A stretch of DNA of 61,948 nucleotides, the filler included, from Rhabdomonas costata (taxonomy: Eukaryota): the NCBI GenBank assembly GCA_019059605.1. It is 20 parts of 20 records of this genome, joined end to end, with 100 filler letters (N's around TTAATTAATTAA, not from the genome) between each part and the next. Parts side by side here need not be neighbours in the genome. Positions count along the whole stretch, not along the records: positions 1 to 3,005 come from JAHMHO010001557.1; positions 3,106 to 6,111 come from JAHMHO010001558.1; positions 6,212 to 9,219 come from JAHMHO010001559.1; positions 9,320 to 12,329 come from JAHMHO010001560.1; positions 12,430 to 15,435 come from JAHMHO010001561.1; 15 more parts are not named here. The stretch is one strand, 5' to 3'. The notes under the pieces were generated by a model, which saw nothing but the letters and a program-made list of their open reading frames with translations, searched no databases and was not told the DNA's origin. This document shows, one piece after another, positions 1 to 13,000 of this stretch. A program made the position numbers and the translations under genes. The number at the start of each line of letters is the position of its first letter. The stretch's first letter is position 1.

Positions 1-2086
1 TCCGGTGATGAGATTTGAGCTTGATCAAGCTATCCAGAGCCACTCCTGCGGGACGCTTTCGGACGGGCGGTGGTGGTGCAGCCCTGTGAGCCTTCTTGCC
101 CGTCGCGAAGTTGTGATTGTGCTGGCGGCGCTGTATGCTTCGTTTTGGGAAGGTTGCGTGGTGCTGGGTGCTTTTGAACATATAACGGATAACAGAGAGC
201 TCCGGCCGCCGCGGTGCTGTTTTCCTTAGGGCGGTCTGGCCGCTCTGCATGCAAAAGATCGGTTCCGTGGCGTACAGTTCGGAGTTGGGGTTGGTGACAA
301 TCGTGCTGTTTGTGGGGTACATCGCTCTGCGGTCAGTGCAAGCCAAGTTTATTATCCACCTGGGGGCGGTCCCCCTGTGGCCTGAAAGTTTTACTGACAT
401 CATCCCCGGGTGCTGCCTCTTTCTGTACCCTCGTAGCCTGCTACGTTTCTTCGTATCCAACAGCTTCTTTGTGTTCGGTCCTTGTTTTTTTCCTGGTTAG
501 CTTCCTGGTTGATTATTCTCAGATGAGTAGCCTTCCAGAAGCCTTTAAGATGCCTTCCAGATCGGAGCAAAACCTGCGGACCCCAAAAAACAACTCTTTG
601 AGCCCGCTGCAGCAACGCACCATCCACCTGCTGCACAGAATGTTCATTTCGAAAAACCTGGATTTTCAGAACTTCGTAGCGGTCTGCGATGCTGCTGTCA
701 CCTTTCGAGAAAAGTCCTTATGGTTCTCATGTGTGCAGGCTACCTGTGCTGGCCTTCTCCTTTGGAGCGCAGTTTGAAACGTTTGTGGTGTACACGGCAA
801 TGGCGCGGCGCAGCCCTGAACGCATGCAGGTCGTTGCGCACTCCTCGATGTACTTCAGCGGGACAGTCTACGCTGCCCTCGCCCTGCTGGCCGTGGCCTT
901 GTACCAGGGCCGCGCAAAGTCTAACATCGCCACCAACTTCGACCTCCAAGACCTTGGGTTTGACGTCCTCCGCGGGGTCTTTGGGTATGCACCTGTGACA
1001 CATACAGGATGAATGCTCCTTTACACCCTTGCCACCTTCGCATCCAGATGGCCAAACCAATCCAAGACCCTGTCGTGCAGTTCCCTTAGCTCTGCCTCCG
1101 ATTGGTGTGAGTGATTGAGTGATGAGACATCTGATGAGGCTGACTGATGCTTTCTCTTCATACACATAGGTTCTTCGTTGCCCTCACCATGCCCACGGTT
1201 TGCTTCGAAGTTATGAAGCTCTTCGCCCGGATCTTCGTGGCTGGAGAGGGCCCCCCAAACTTACTGCATCGTGTGGTACTGTCGGGGAGCGCTCTGGGGT
1301 CAGCCGCTGTGATGGCCATGGTCATGCCCAATTTGACAGCTGTGCTGGGGCTGGTGGGCAGCGTGGGGAGTACAGTAATGTCCTTCGTCTTCCCCCCTGC
1401 GTTCTACCTCAAGGTGCGTCATTTTGTCATCAGCACATTCGCACATTCGGGACCGATTGAACGAAGGGGGTGCTGCTGGAAGGGATGCGACAAGTGCCAC
1501 TCACAGTAGCTCCCCGAAGATTGGTTGGACTGGTCCTCGTACGGGTAAGGGCGTGGTTGGGTGAGGTCCACTTAAATGTGTGTGCTTCACCTTCAGCTTT
1601 GCCACCTCCCAATGTGTGCAGGTGGCGTGACGAATCCTTTCGGGAGTTTGTTGCAAAGCAGTCCCAACGAACCAAGGATCCCAAGGACCAAGAAACGCAG
1701 CGTTTCTGGACGCCTGTTGTTTTGTATAAGGGACCCCAGGCCTGTTTCGGCTTGGCCCTCTTAACAAGCGAGGCAGTGCGGAGTAAGGGGTTGGTTGTCC
1801 TCCGAAAGTTCTGGAACCGTTCAGGAACCAAATAAGTTAATTGGCTGTTGCTGAACGGTTGGATATCAGAATGGGTTGCAGGAAGGAGGTTGCTTTAATC
1901 ACAGCTCCCGGCCACCCCCACCTTCCCCACCTTTCCAAAACTTCTTCCTGCCAGATCCACGAAGATACTGCGATCTCCAATGTGGGTGCCGACAGTCGTT
2001 ATCCCTTGCGCTGCGCGGCATGGGCGATTTTGTGTGGGGGCGTGATTTGCGTTCCCGTGTTCACCTACTTCACCGCCTTCTCCTGA
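1..2086 (+). CDS. Amino-acid transporter, AAAP/Aa_trans (SLC38-like) family, 5'-partial. Exons <1-132, 230-409, 739-984, 1170-1413, 1955-2086
   Basis: GT-AG joins keep the frame. Hydrophobic segments and family-like motifs: WPLCMQKIGSVAYSS, LPVLAFSFGAQFE, SNIATNF, VLGLVGSVGSTVMSFVFPPAFYLK. Ends at TGA 2084-2086. Confidence 0.88.
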
Positions 2087-3005
2087 GTGGCCTGAGCTGA
2101 CGGTTTTTCTGAAGTAGGGGCACAGAGATGTCATCTTTTGCAACATGATTTATGTGTGTACGCCGGGAGCAGGTGCTCGCGTTATTTGTGATGTTTGCGT
2201 GAAAAGCTTGCTTTGGGGGGAAATCGAGAGTCTTTCTTTTTTGCTGAGAGGGCAAAAATGTTGTACATTCCGTTTCTCAGTGTGCGCGTGCCATAGGAAA
2301 GGAAATTCGAGTGATTCGGAATTTGGGCGTTGCTGCACCTCCCGTTGGGATAAGTTATTCGTTATTCAATATCTGCCCGTGTTATTGGGAAGGTTTTCCT
2401 TCGCCTCACTTTGATGCCAGTTTTTTTTTTGCTTTTCCCTTATTTTTCACTCGTATTATCGGATATCGTCTCATTCAGTCGTGGATTCGTTGAAGCCTTT
2501 CGATCTATGTTGAACTTTGCTGTCGATGCACTGCTGCGCTGCACTGCTGTGCTGTCAGTTTGGATTTTTTGTGTCTTCCGGAGCAAACGATTCCCTTGGA
2601 TGCCTTTAGTTTTGTGCTTGGCACGAACGGGAGCCTTTTTGAAGCAGCCATTATTCCGTGAAACAAGTTTGCAGGGTTAGCTGCAAAACTATCAAAGCTG
2701 TGTTTGGGTAGCCCTGTTCAGCTTGCATAAAGTTGAGTAATGGGAATATGGCAAGGGCACCGAACTTCATGTTTCGTTTGGAGACTGCTGTTTGCTCCCA
2801 ATTGAAATCTTCACACAAGAGTTGCTTTCTGAAGTTCGGCACAATGGGGCCAAGTTTTGCATCCTTGGGGAGGGAGGGAGGGTAGCAAAACCCCATGACC
2901 ACGAAATAGTGAAAGAATCTGGTGGGTGGAATGGGTAGCGTAGCAGACGCTAGTTTGCATTGAAGGACCGGGATGAATGTGGTACGTGCCGGGAGAGGAT
3001 GGCCC

Positions 3006-3105
3006 NNNNNNNNNNNNNNNNNNNNNNNNNNNNNNNNNNNNNNNNNNNNTTAATTAATTAANNNNNNNNNNNNNNNNNNNNNNNNNNNNNNNNNNNNNNN
3101 NNNNN
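3006..3105. other. Artificial 100-nt contig spacer (N44-TTAATTAATTAA-N44); first of 19, recurring about every 3.1 kb
   Basis: The same N-padded all-frame-stop linker recurs through the window, and the sequences on either side are unrelated. Confidence 0.98.
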
Positions 3106-3347
3106 CGCTTCTTTGTCATTGCTATTGGCCCTGTCTGCTGGCTTACGCATCACAGACCAAAGACGGTGTCACTGTGTCTATCACCGCTGCCGCCACTGCT
3201 GCTGGTGTGGTGTGGTGAAACGTCCAAAGAAATCAACAACCGAAGTTCAGCGTGATAGGCTGTCCGAAGTTGAAGGCAGGGCAGCCAAAAGAAACCTGAA
3301 AGAAAAGAGAGTGCATAACAGAGAGTGGTGCTGTCTGTGTTCTTCAG

Positions 3348-5310
3348 GATGAAGGCCTGCACCCTTCACATCACTGTGCGGAACTATGTGAAGCACCACA
3401 ACACCACCGACGAAAGAAAAAGGGCGGTGTGGAAGCTCTACGCCCTAAGGAGGTAAGCGTGCTTGCACTGGTCGCGTTGGACTTGTGGCCGGCATCCCAC
3501 CCACCAGTCCCTCGTACTGTACTCGCAATGCTCTGGCGTTCTGAGCTGTATCCAGCCGCCTCGATGGACGCGTTTAACGGGTGCTAGTCAGTTTGGGCTG
3601 CACTTCGGCAGCGGGGGCGGCTGTCAATTGCCGTCTACCTGCCCAGCTATGAACGATCTGCCGCGCCGTGTTGCCCGTGCAACCTGGTTTACGCCAGTGG
3701 ACATTCCACACTCCAAGTTTACATTTTTATACTTGTATGCATTTTACTGAAATGATATTGCTGAAAACTTTCTTCCCCGCTCTCCCGCTGTGCCCGTGTT
3801 TATCCTTGCTCATGTTTTTTCGGTGTGTTCAGAGAGCAGTTCCGGAAGAAGCACCGCGAGTGGCAGGCCCAGGTTCGCGTGGTGCGAAGGGAGCTTAGGG
3901 AGGTCCGCGGTCAGGTGACCCGCAGCGCCGGGACGTCTCCGCTTCGAGGATGCCGGCACAGTCCCCGTTCCGGCGCTAGTATCTGCAGCAGTGCTTCCAT
4001 TGCTCTCCACGACGTAGAGGCGGAGCTTCACCGGTGCATGCTGGAGCAGCCGAGGTTTCAGCTCACGGCCGCGGCTTTGCCCATTTCAGTATGTTTTCAT
4101 CTCTCCTGCTGTTGGCGCCTCGCTTCCTTTCTTTGCACGAGCTCTGCTGCGCTCTGCATGAAATATGTGTGCGGCGTGGGCTGCATTTGTACTACAAGGT
4201 TCGCACCGGGGTTTGCGGGAGGGGTGGAATTGCGTGTGGTTTCCTCCAGTATTCGCAGGGTTCCGCTCAGTCAGAAGTGTGGGGTTGGAACATAGCACTT
4301 GCACCCCATGGTGAACGCATTACATTCAGAAATGGCATACCATCTTCGGGAACAAGGGCGAGTTCCCGAGATTGGCCAGTTCGTTGACACACATCGCAGG
4401 ATTTTACCCTAATCTTTACCCTTACCGGCCATGGGGGCGTGTTCGGTAATTTGAACCCAAAACCGAAGAAAAGCGGAAAGTCATGCCAAGCCATCGGTGT
4501 GCGTTCTCACGAGTGGCGAGGTTTGGTTCAGGGAAAATTTCACACAGTCGGCCCTGTGCTCGAAAGCAGACGCAGAGAGCGGCTATCAAAAAGGATGCTG
4601 CCAAGATACGCCACTATTTTTTTCCTTTTATGTGCAATTGTAAGGGGGATGGGGCCTTAGGACTTGCTCGAGATGTTGAGCAGTCCCGCCCTGGCTTCCT
4701 GCTCATCGATGCCATTTCTGCCGTCAAGCCCAACGACCGTGACTGCTCCTGGTGTGAAGTGTGAAGTGTGGAATAGCTTTCAGTGAGGACGTAGGCTTTT
4801 GAAAAACCATGCGAGATAGACACTTCTTTCTCTTTCTTTGATAACCCCCATTTTTATCCGCCTTCGCAAGGGGTTCATATGTCCGCTTTTGAATAATAAC
4901 CCTCAGGTGCGTTCACTGCTCGGCCCAAGAGTGAGCTGAGGGTATCCCCGACCTCTCCGAGAGTCTCGGCGCTTCCCGCGATTTCCGGCCGCTCGGAGTC
5001 CCCGCCACGCAAGGCGTTCAGTCCGGGCAATGATAGCGTGGACATGTCCGACTGGCTGGAAACCTGCCGGGTGAGCTCCTCCCTTGCCCTGCCCATCACA
5101 AGCAGCAGCAGTAGCTCCCAGCTGCTGCGGCTTGAGGTTGAGGAGGATGGCGAGGGGACGCCTTGCAAGGCGGGAGGCTTTGGGCCCGTGCTGGGGCAGT
5201 CGCAGAGGAGCAGCCCGCGGAGTGCCCGGCACAGCGCCTTGGGGGCCGCTCTGGCCCCATTGAGCCTGCCATCCAGCAGCCGGAGTACCCCAAGCAAAGC
5301 GCTGGTGTGG
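3348..5310 (+). CDS. Hypothetical protein fragment (basic helical region followed by a Ser/Pro-rich region). Exons ~3348-3452, 3833-3914, 3980-4054, 4661-4751, 4907-~5305
   Basis: Frame-consistent GT-AG joins give MKACTLHITVRNYVKHH...EQFRKKHREWQAQ...YLQQCFHCSP...DLLEMLSSP...DMSDWLE. No family recognised; the last boundary is approximate. Confidence 0.55.
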
Positions 5311-6211
5311 CATGTTTGCGTATCTCTGCTTCGTTTACCAGCTTCCTTCCCACTGGGTCTGGGTTCACAGCTTAGCCCTTATGGATTGTTCTCGCCCCCA
5401 AGCCACAGCGCCACCGCAAATGCCGAAGCACCCCCGCGTACCAATCCCCAATAGCCTTGGACACATGGGGAGTACCTGTTTCCTGGAAGTGGTCCCAAAG
5501 AAACCCATGGTCATGATTATTCGGGGGATCCTTGCAAGGAAGCCTGAGAACCTAGTTGCGCCCCATGAGGGAACCTCCTCAGTGAAACAAACCTGCACAT
5601 GACGGCAATGTAACAAAGCGCCACGCTTGCCCACAGCCTTTCGACTATGACCGACCAGTACATCGAAGATGAATCTGGGAATTTAAAGCGAAACAAACAA
5701 AGAACTAAGAGCACCTCGGAACACTCCAGTGGGCTCTTGATGCCCGGAATGTTTATCGGAGGTTTCCCTGGGGCGCGATAAAGGATGATGGAAGGGTGGA
5801 AGGAACGAAGGCAGGAGTGTGTAGCGATCTTGCCGTAGTAGTGAGTGGAGTAGGGAAGGCATCGCAGATAGGAACCCCCTCAACTCTCCTCTCAACAGCC
5901 CCTAGCCATTACACATACGCGTAAAAATACCGCTACACATCAGCCCTTTACACATCCTTTACACCTCCTACAACCCTCGAAGCATCAACCCACCAGGAAA
6001 CACACACAACCAGGGTACAGCCGTCATGAAACACCCATCAACACAACACTGACACAGCACTTGGAACCAACAGACACCCTCAGAGACAGCAACACCATAC
6101 AGCCATTACAGNNNNNNNNNNNNNNNNNNNNNNNNNNNNNNNNNNNNNNNNNNNNTTAATTAATTAANNNNNNNNNNNNNNNNNNNNNNNNNNNNNNNNN
6201 NNNNNNNNNNN

Positions 6212-6850
6212 GTGTTGGGTGTGGGGGGGTGGATCTCGACCGTCAGCTGCAGCAGGCCGTTGTCGAAGGCGATGGCCAAGGAGGCCAGCTCCTCCTGCAC
6301 AGGGTCGGCCCGCGGCCCGCCAAAGGAAGCCACTGCGGTGACCAGGCAATCAGAGCCCACGGACGTGGTGGGCTGGCGGGTAGTAAGGTTGGCGTGCAGC
6401 GGCACGTTGGCCTGGAACCTCAGGCTGTGCGCGTCGTACATCTGCACCATCTCACTGGTGTTCACCAGGAGCACACTGAGGGCAGCAAAAATAACACTAT
6501 GGCCACACACATGAGACTGGGGTGTAGCTGCGTCTTCCCTATTTGCTATGCTTTTCTACGTCTCAACGCGACGATTGGGGCCCTCAGTTCTTGAATTCCT
6601 CCCAGTATTGGCCTCACCCTCATTTGGGAACGGTAACAAGGTTCTTGTGACGAACGCGTGGGCTTGGGATTTCGTTATGTGTGCCCGGAAATGGTGTAAC
6701 AGCCCCCTCACCCGAGTTCGCCGGGCTTTGTGCTGCGATTGGTCATCACCCCCCCCTCCGGCGCCCGTGCTTCCACAGGAAAAACCAACGGCAGTTATAT
6801 TAATACAGCCGCGACCGGAAATTAAGAGATTCAAACAGAAGGGAAAGAGG
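6212..6850 (-). CDS. Hypothetical protein fragment, possibly beta-propeller/WD40-like; two exons
   Basis: Exon after a ccctcag acceptor reads VLLVNTSEMVQMYDAHSLRFQANV...LAIAFDNGLLQL. The upstream exon ends at a gtgagg donor. Confidence 0.4.
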
Positions 6851-7364
6851 TTGCCGGAAGTCTTCTAATTTCGAGGCACGGCTGTAACCCGCTGCGGCGT
6901 TGTGCGAGTTTTCCGGGGGGAGGGGTGATGGCTATGCTGTGGAAACTGCAGCGGTTCCTCCTAGAACAGGAAACCCCTCAACAGACGGACTGGCCGGGTG
7001 CGCTGCATTTTTATAGTTTCTATTCCGCCAGTGCTTTTCACCTTATTTTATAGGCCTTTTGTCACCAGGGTATCCGCGTGAGCAGTATCGTGGCTTTCTG
7101 TTGCTTTCTGTAATAGCGCAAGCAATGTCAGGCGAATCGTGGGGGTTGCGTTCACCGGCTGTACACGTGGGTCTCCCCCTCAATCGTAACATGGCTCGAT
7201 GAAACTGGGCCAGAATGGCATTAATGGGCCACCACAATGGGCACCCCGCCCCATAAAAAGGCAAGGTGTAACTTTTACATTTAAATTTTTAGACTTTTTG
7301 TGCGGCGCTTTTCCTTGTGTTTTTTTGCCCCTCAACCCTTTCGTGAAAAACTTGCAAAAAAAAA

Positions 7365-8912
7365 ATGATTGAGAAGCAAACCCAAGAGCTTGCTCCGATC
7401 CGGCCCGACAGTCCGGTGTTGTTCTTCAGCTGGATGGATGATGGCAATGTTCGTCCACCAGGTGTGCATTTTGCTCCGGCGACGCGAGGGACTGTGTGCG
7501 CGTGTGAGCCTGTGTTGAACGACTCCGTTCTTCTCAACCGCGGGGGAGCAGGGCTCAAGGGTTTTCCCCTTGTCCAGTGATGCAGCAGGATGGACTTCTT
7601 GACTTGCGCAGTTGTACTGCGACCTTGGTGTCATATGCTGATGAATGTAGGTCGCTAGAAATGGTGCAAAATTACACGAAAAACATTGTTTTTTGTGTTC
7701 GTTGTTTTGGTTGTCTGAGGTTGACCTCAGCTCCTTTTCTTGGGATTCAACGGGGTTGGGTAACGATAGCATTCTGAACATTCCGAATTGCTCAAAGTCC
7801 CTGCAGCGACATACAAACACACTACCTCCCTCCTTCCCTTTCTGTCTCTCTTACAGCTTGGAAGGCCCCCACGGAGGCTGGCAGCAGTGGAGGGCTGTCC
7901 TCTGCCCTGGGCCCAACCTCTGCGGACGAGGCAGAGGAGGAGACGATAGAGGCGCCCCCACGTTGGGTTCAGGCTGGATGTGCCGAAAGGAATGACGAAC
8001 CCTCCACCGCGCCCATCCCAATCGCTACTCGGGCGGTGCCGCGGGGCGACAACGGCTGCCCCGGCGGCCTTGTCAAGGCCGTCCTCACTCCGGAAACTGT
8101 GCAGCGCCTGCAGGTTTCTGGTCCCGAGCCATTTTCTCCATTACTATCGGAAGAATCGTTTGTTCTTGCACTTTTTTGGTATGAATTTTCATGTGGACGA
8201 CGAAGATGACGATTTGTATTTTTAAATAACTCCGGGTTTACCGAGATATGGGTCATAATTTTCCAGCTAGTCAGTTTTGGTGGTACAGGAAGAGAGAAGA
8301 GAGCGGCGGGAGGTGCACTGCAAATGGGGTCCGAAAAGATAAGAGAATAGATATATGTCTGATATATGTCTGTACGGAGTGCAGGGTTTCATTACCTTGG
8401 TGTCGTCATTCGTTTTTTTGCACTGTGTTTTTGCCTTTGGGGGGGGGTGCTGTGGTTTTTTCTGTGCCATTGGTTCGGAGATGATATCCATGTGCATTGA
8501 CCCTCTATTGGTTCTCGCGGTGGGCGTCGTATCGTTCTTCTCAATGGTAGTTCAAATTAAGATTTTTCCTAATGAGAATTCCTGAGGATGGTGTCTCTCT
8601 TATTCTATTTCGTGTGTATATGGTCGAGCCATATTGTATACATTTCCACCCCTTATGAGCATCAACTCCTGTGAACCTGAACCTGTAAGCCAAATGTCGC
8701 GTGCGCTCTGAAGGTTCTCCGGGTGGTGGTGAAGACCGCTCGGACGGAGACCCAGGCCTTTGCGGGCTCTCCGCAGTACCCCAGGCTGTTGTGCCTCACC
8801 CTGGCCAGCCTGCTCCGTGAAACCCTGGGCTGGGCGGTCAGTCTGGGCTCCGAGGTGGAGCAGCGGGGTGACCTTGTTCCCCCTGAGTGGTGGGACAGCA
8901 TCCTCGCCACAG
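7365..8912 (+). CDS. Hypothetical protein, 5' part. Exons ~7365-7461, 7857-8113, 8714-8912; divergent from the gene at 6212-6850
   Basis: ATG start, GC-rich exons with frame-consistent GT-AG joins (MIEKQTQELAP...AWKAPTEAG...VLRVVVKTARTE). Confidence 0.55.
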
Positions 8913-9764
8913 GCGTGCACGTGTGGGTGGGTGTGAGTGTGAGTATGGGTAGAAAAAGGCCTGAGGAGGAGAACAGAAAGCCAAAGGACAAGTAGAAGCA
9001 CAAGGAGCCACTGAGGCCTTCCTCGAGAAACTGATATGAGCTGGGCGAGCGCAGAGAAGGTTGGGTGCCCATTATACCGCGGTTCTAAGCAGCCAGTGAG
9101 TTTTCCTAAGAACCCTCCGTCCAGTCGAAGGAAGGAGAAAAGGGGTGGACGTTCTCCCCAAAACCAGCGGTCACCTCCTCCTTGTCTCAAATCTCGGTTG
9201 CCTTAGTACACCCCAACCCNNNNNNNNNNNNNNNNNNNNNNNNNNNNNNNNNNNNNNNNNNNNTTAATTAATTAANNNNNNNNNNNNNNNNNNNNNNNNN
9301 NNNNNNNNNNNNNNNNNNNGAGTTGTGTGATTACGCCACATGTTGTTCAAGGTTGCATAACCACATCTACAACATTATGCGTGTGGGATAAGAACAGGAC
9401 TGGCCATACCGCACCCAACGTATAGCCATTGCTTAAGTAATGGTTACACACCCACCATGGAAGCGCATGGTATGGTAAAACCGAGGCTGTTGTGGTAGCA
9501 TTGGCAACCATAGCAGTAGTAGGGTACAGCATTGTGGTAGGACACTGTTGTATGGCCATTGGAACACAACATGAATATGTGCCAGGACCATGCTATGGTG
9601 TGCTGCCATAGTAGTAGATCTACGCTTACACGTGTTGATATCATGGTGTTCTCCTTCCTCTATCTGTGTGTACCGTACCATGCCAACACTAGGGTTCGGT
9701 CAAGCATACCCGTAGTGGTAGGCAGAGGTGTCACATCCTTGTAAGTCCTCCTGCTTTTGGTGCC

Positions 9765-10035
9765 GATCATGTGAATATATAAATGGCACTCCTTTCGCAG
9801 TGACCCTTTTTTCCTTCCATTATATTTTGTTACTTATGTTGACAATTTATGATGTCTTGGACCTCTGCAATGATGAAAAAAGCCATTTCAACCAATGGAA
9901 TTGATGGAACCTGGGGCAGACTGAAGAACTGGATCAGGGCGAAGGGGGGTGTTCCTGACGTACACTTGCCTGGATATGTAAAGGAATTCCAGTGGAGAGC
10001 CAACTTGTGTGGAACACTTTGATGGAACACATTCG
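9765..10035 (+). mobile_element. Decayed Merlin / ISXO2 (IS1595-like) transposase fragment
   Basis: Translates as STNGIDGTWGRLKNWIRAKGGVPDVHLPGYVKEFQWRAN, matching the TNxIExxW...HLxxYxxEFxWR C-terminal motif. Flanked by stops. Confidence 0.7.
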
Positions 10036-13000
10036 TGACGGGCATTTCCAGTGATGTGTGCTTTTATTTCTCTCGCAGGGAGTTAGGAAGCCTTGGCTGT
10101 GTCCCATAGGACAAGATATTTCTTCTCGCCGGGGGTTGGTTTTCAGCCCAAAACAACCTCATTTAACAGCTAAAGTTGTGCTCATAATTGGCAATGTGAG
10201 GAACCCCTGGTGGATTGGACAAATGCAAGCAGATGGTACACTAATTGATACTATCCTGATGGTACTAAGCAATGCGAGTCCTTCATGGACACACCCTCAT
10301 GTGGTCACCGCGCGTGTCTGTAATAGCTTTTGGGTATACTATGTGTTCATCCGCCGTGGTTCACCTGTTACTTCTGCTGCTCCGGTGTGTAGCGCTCAAA
10401 TGTCTGGGTCAGACCAGGCTACCAAGTAAAATATTGGTGGTAAAGGTTGTGTAGTCGTGTTGTGGTGTCCTTTACCCGAGGTTTTAGGCCACAATAACTC
10501 TTAATTGTCAAAAGTAAAACAGCACAATGCCATGCCTGAATTGATGCTATTGAACTGGAGTGCAGTGCGTCAAAGTCACCCCAATATTGTGCAGCCAGTT
10601 ACAAAAGTAAAGTCCAACAAAGCCGCCGCATTAGTATTTTAGACCAAGCACAACTTAACATTGTACTTCTCGTCACGTCTTTTGCTTTCCAGCAGAAAAA
10701 TACCGCGCATCTGGTGATGAGGTCGCCTTTCAAACGATCCACCAAGGTAATGATACCAAAGCTCTTGAATAATTCCAAACTGAAAAACCCCCAACTTCAC
10801 ACGCATACCGGCGGAAAGCTTTCCGCCGTTGGTACCGCGCTGGTATTTACTAGTCTGTCTTTCATTATCTGCTGCTTCCCGCGGATAGGCAGGAGCAGCT
10901 GGGAAACTTATGATACGTACAGGGGGAAACCACACACACTTAGAAGCATTTCACATTTACTGTGTCGTCCCTTGTTGCGACATTGGGGCTCTCAATCGCG
11001 CCGTGTGCCATGTTGACGTGCTCTCCGCCCGGCTGAGATAATGCCACGACGAAGGGCGGGCATGATTTGCAAAACAAAAAGGCCCTTTTCATATTTGTGA
11101 ACCTCACCATTTCGAGCGGTATCGTCGGCAAAGCTTGTTCCCGGGGGCGGAAAGCGGAACGGGGCGGTGCATGGGTCGAACAGCATTTTTCGAATCGCAT
11201 GCCAAAAGGCGCTGGTCCTTCCATTGGTGCGTTTCTGGAAACCGCTTGGAGCTTCTTGTGTATTTATTCTCCTTGGTGGTGTCTTTCCACGCAGTTTTTT
11301 GCCGCGGAAATTTGGGCGAGAGCGGCCGGAAGAACGGGTTGCACCATCTTGGGGTGCCTGTTTTTCTGTGTTTCGTCTTTCCGGCTTCTGTGTGTTCTCC
11401 CCGTGCGTTACTTTGGTGGGCTTTGGTCTTTTCTCGCTGCCAAGGCGCGGGAAGTGAGGTCTCCCACTTTTCTGCCCCACGCCAAGCGCCCCCCTGCGCC
11501 TCCCACACATCTTATCCATCCCAACACCTTGCGCACCACAAGCACCATTCGAAACCCCACACATTAACACGTCAGTACAATCGAAACCAATGCGCACACA
11601 CCTTCCCACACCTTCCAATCCATAACTGCACCACCAACCGAGTAACCGAACCATGCACCCACGAACCGCAAGTGCACGACACCCACGTGAACCCCCCGAG
11701 AACCACCTTAGAAGCACTTACCACAGCGAAGGGACCCAGAATCACCACAGAAGCAAACAGCACGACACCGAAACCCGAACCAAAAACCCACACATCCAAC
11801 GCTTGCGCGCCCACCAGAACCAACGAAACTACGGATTACTACTAAGCGGAAGGACCAAATGCCAAAAGCAGCACGCACACCCAGGAACACACACTGACCA
11901 ACGAAAGCATCAAGGAAGTACTAACACACACTGAGGAAGCACAACAAGTAGCGAAAGAACAGAGAAAACAACGGAAACAGGAACCCGAGCACAGAGACGC
12001 GAACCAAGAAGGCCAGAAACCATGACTACTGGCACCGCTATCTGAAGTCCAAGACCGAATACCTGACACCGGAACCAGAACGCGAAGGCCAAACCTCAAA
12101 ACCAGTAGTAGAGCCCACGAATACGAACCCGAATTCACCAAAAACAGCCAGTAGGCAATAAAACATCTAGCTCCCAGCGTTGCAGCCTAGTCCCTACTAA
12201 CCCAGAACTCAAACCTCGAAGTCCAGAAGACAAATGCCGAACCAGAAACCGAAGCTGCCCCGTAAACGCAACGAACCATGACTTACCACCCCATGAACTC
12301 TGACTTAAAACCTCGCATGAACACAACCCNNNNNNNNNNNNNNNNNNNNNNNNNNNNNNNNNNNNNNNNNNNNTTAATTAATTAANNNNNNNNNNNNNNN
12401 NNNNNNNNNNNNNNNNNNNNNNNNNNNNNGGGGTGGGGGGAGTTCCTGAGCTTGACCTCCTTCTCCGCCCTGCAAAGGAATGAGGTGAATTGTTTGCTAA
12501 CCGTTTTTAAAACATTTTCCCTGAAAATCCTCCTGTGTGACTTTAGCTTTCCTAGGGCGAGTAGCCTTGGCTTGAATACTGGTGGTGGTTTTGCCCGCCA
12601 CATGTCCTTAAAAGAGCAAACCATCCAGTCTGATGTCCTAGTCTTGAGGTCCATTTTTGGCGCGCAGTTCCGAGTATGTTTGGGATGCCCCTGCCCACAC
12701 CGGTGACCTGCTTTTGGCCGCAGTATCCACGGCGTTCTCGTTTTATTCTCTCCTTTATTGTCTTTGCCTCGGAAACCCCGGCACGAGGTCGCACAAAAAA
12801 AGAGAAAATTCCAGGAAAGTGCTAGCACAAACTGCAAACTACCATGGTCGGAGTGGATCGCGCCTGTGCCGGGCGCCGCGGCGCCAGAGAGTGTCGCTCC
12901 TTGGTGCGTTCTGCGTTGCTTTTCCGCTGGTGCCCTCTTGCGCCCGGTTTTCGGAAGAAGACCCGACCAGACCCGTCAGCATCGTGTCTGTTCCCTGTGT

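Noticed and set aside
3050-3061. TTAATTAATTAA recurring every ~3.1 kb, resembling a repeat array or CRISPR
   Set aside because: It always sits in the middle of N runs and is an artificial linker.
10714-10783. Possible box C/D snoRNA (GTGATGA...CTGA)
   Set aside because: No terminal stem and no recognisable rRNA-complementary guide; such motifs are common by chance.
10992-11845. Long overlapping ORFs (241 aa minus, 236 aa plus)
   Set aside because: They lie in strand-skewed low-complexity DNA where stop codons are rare, and show no protein motifs.
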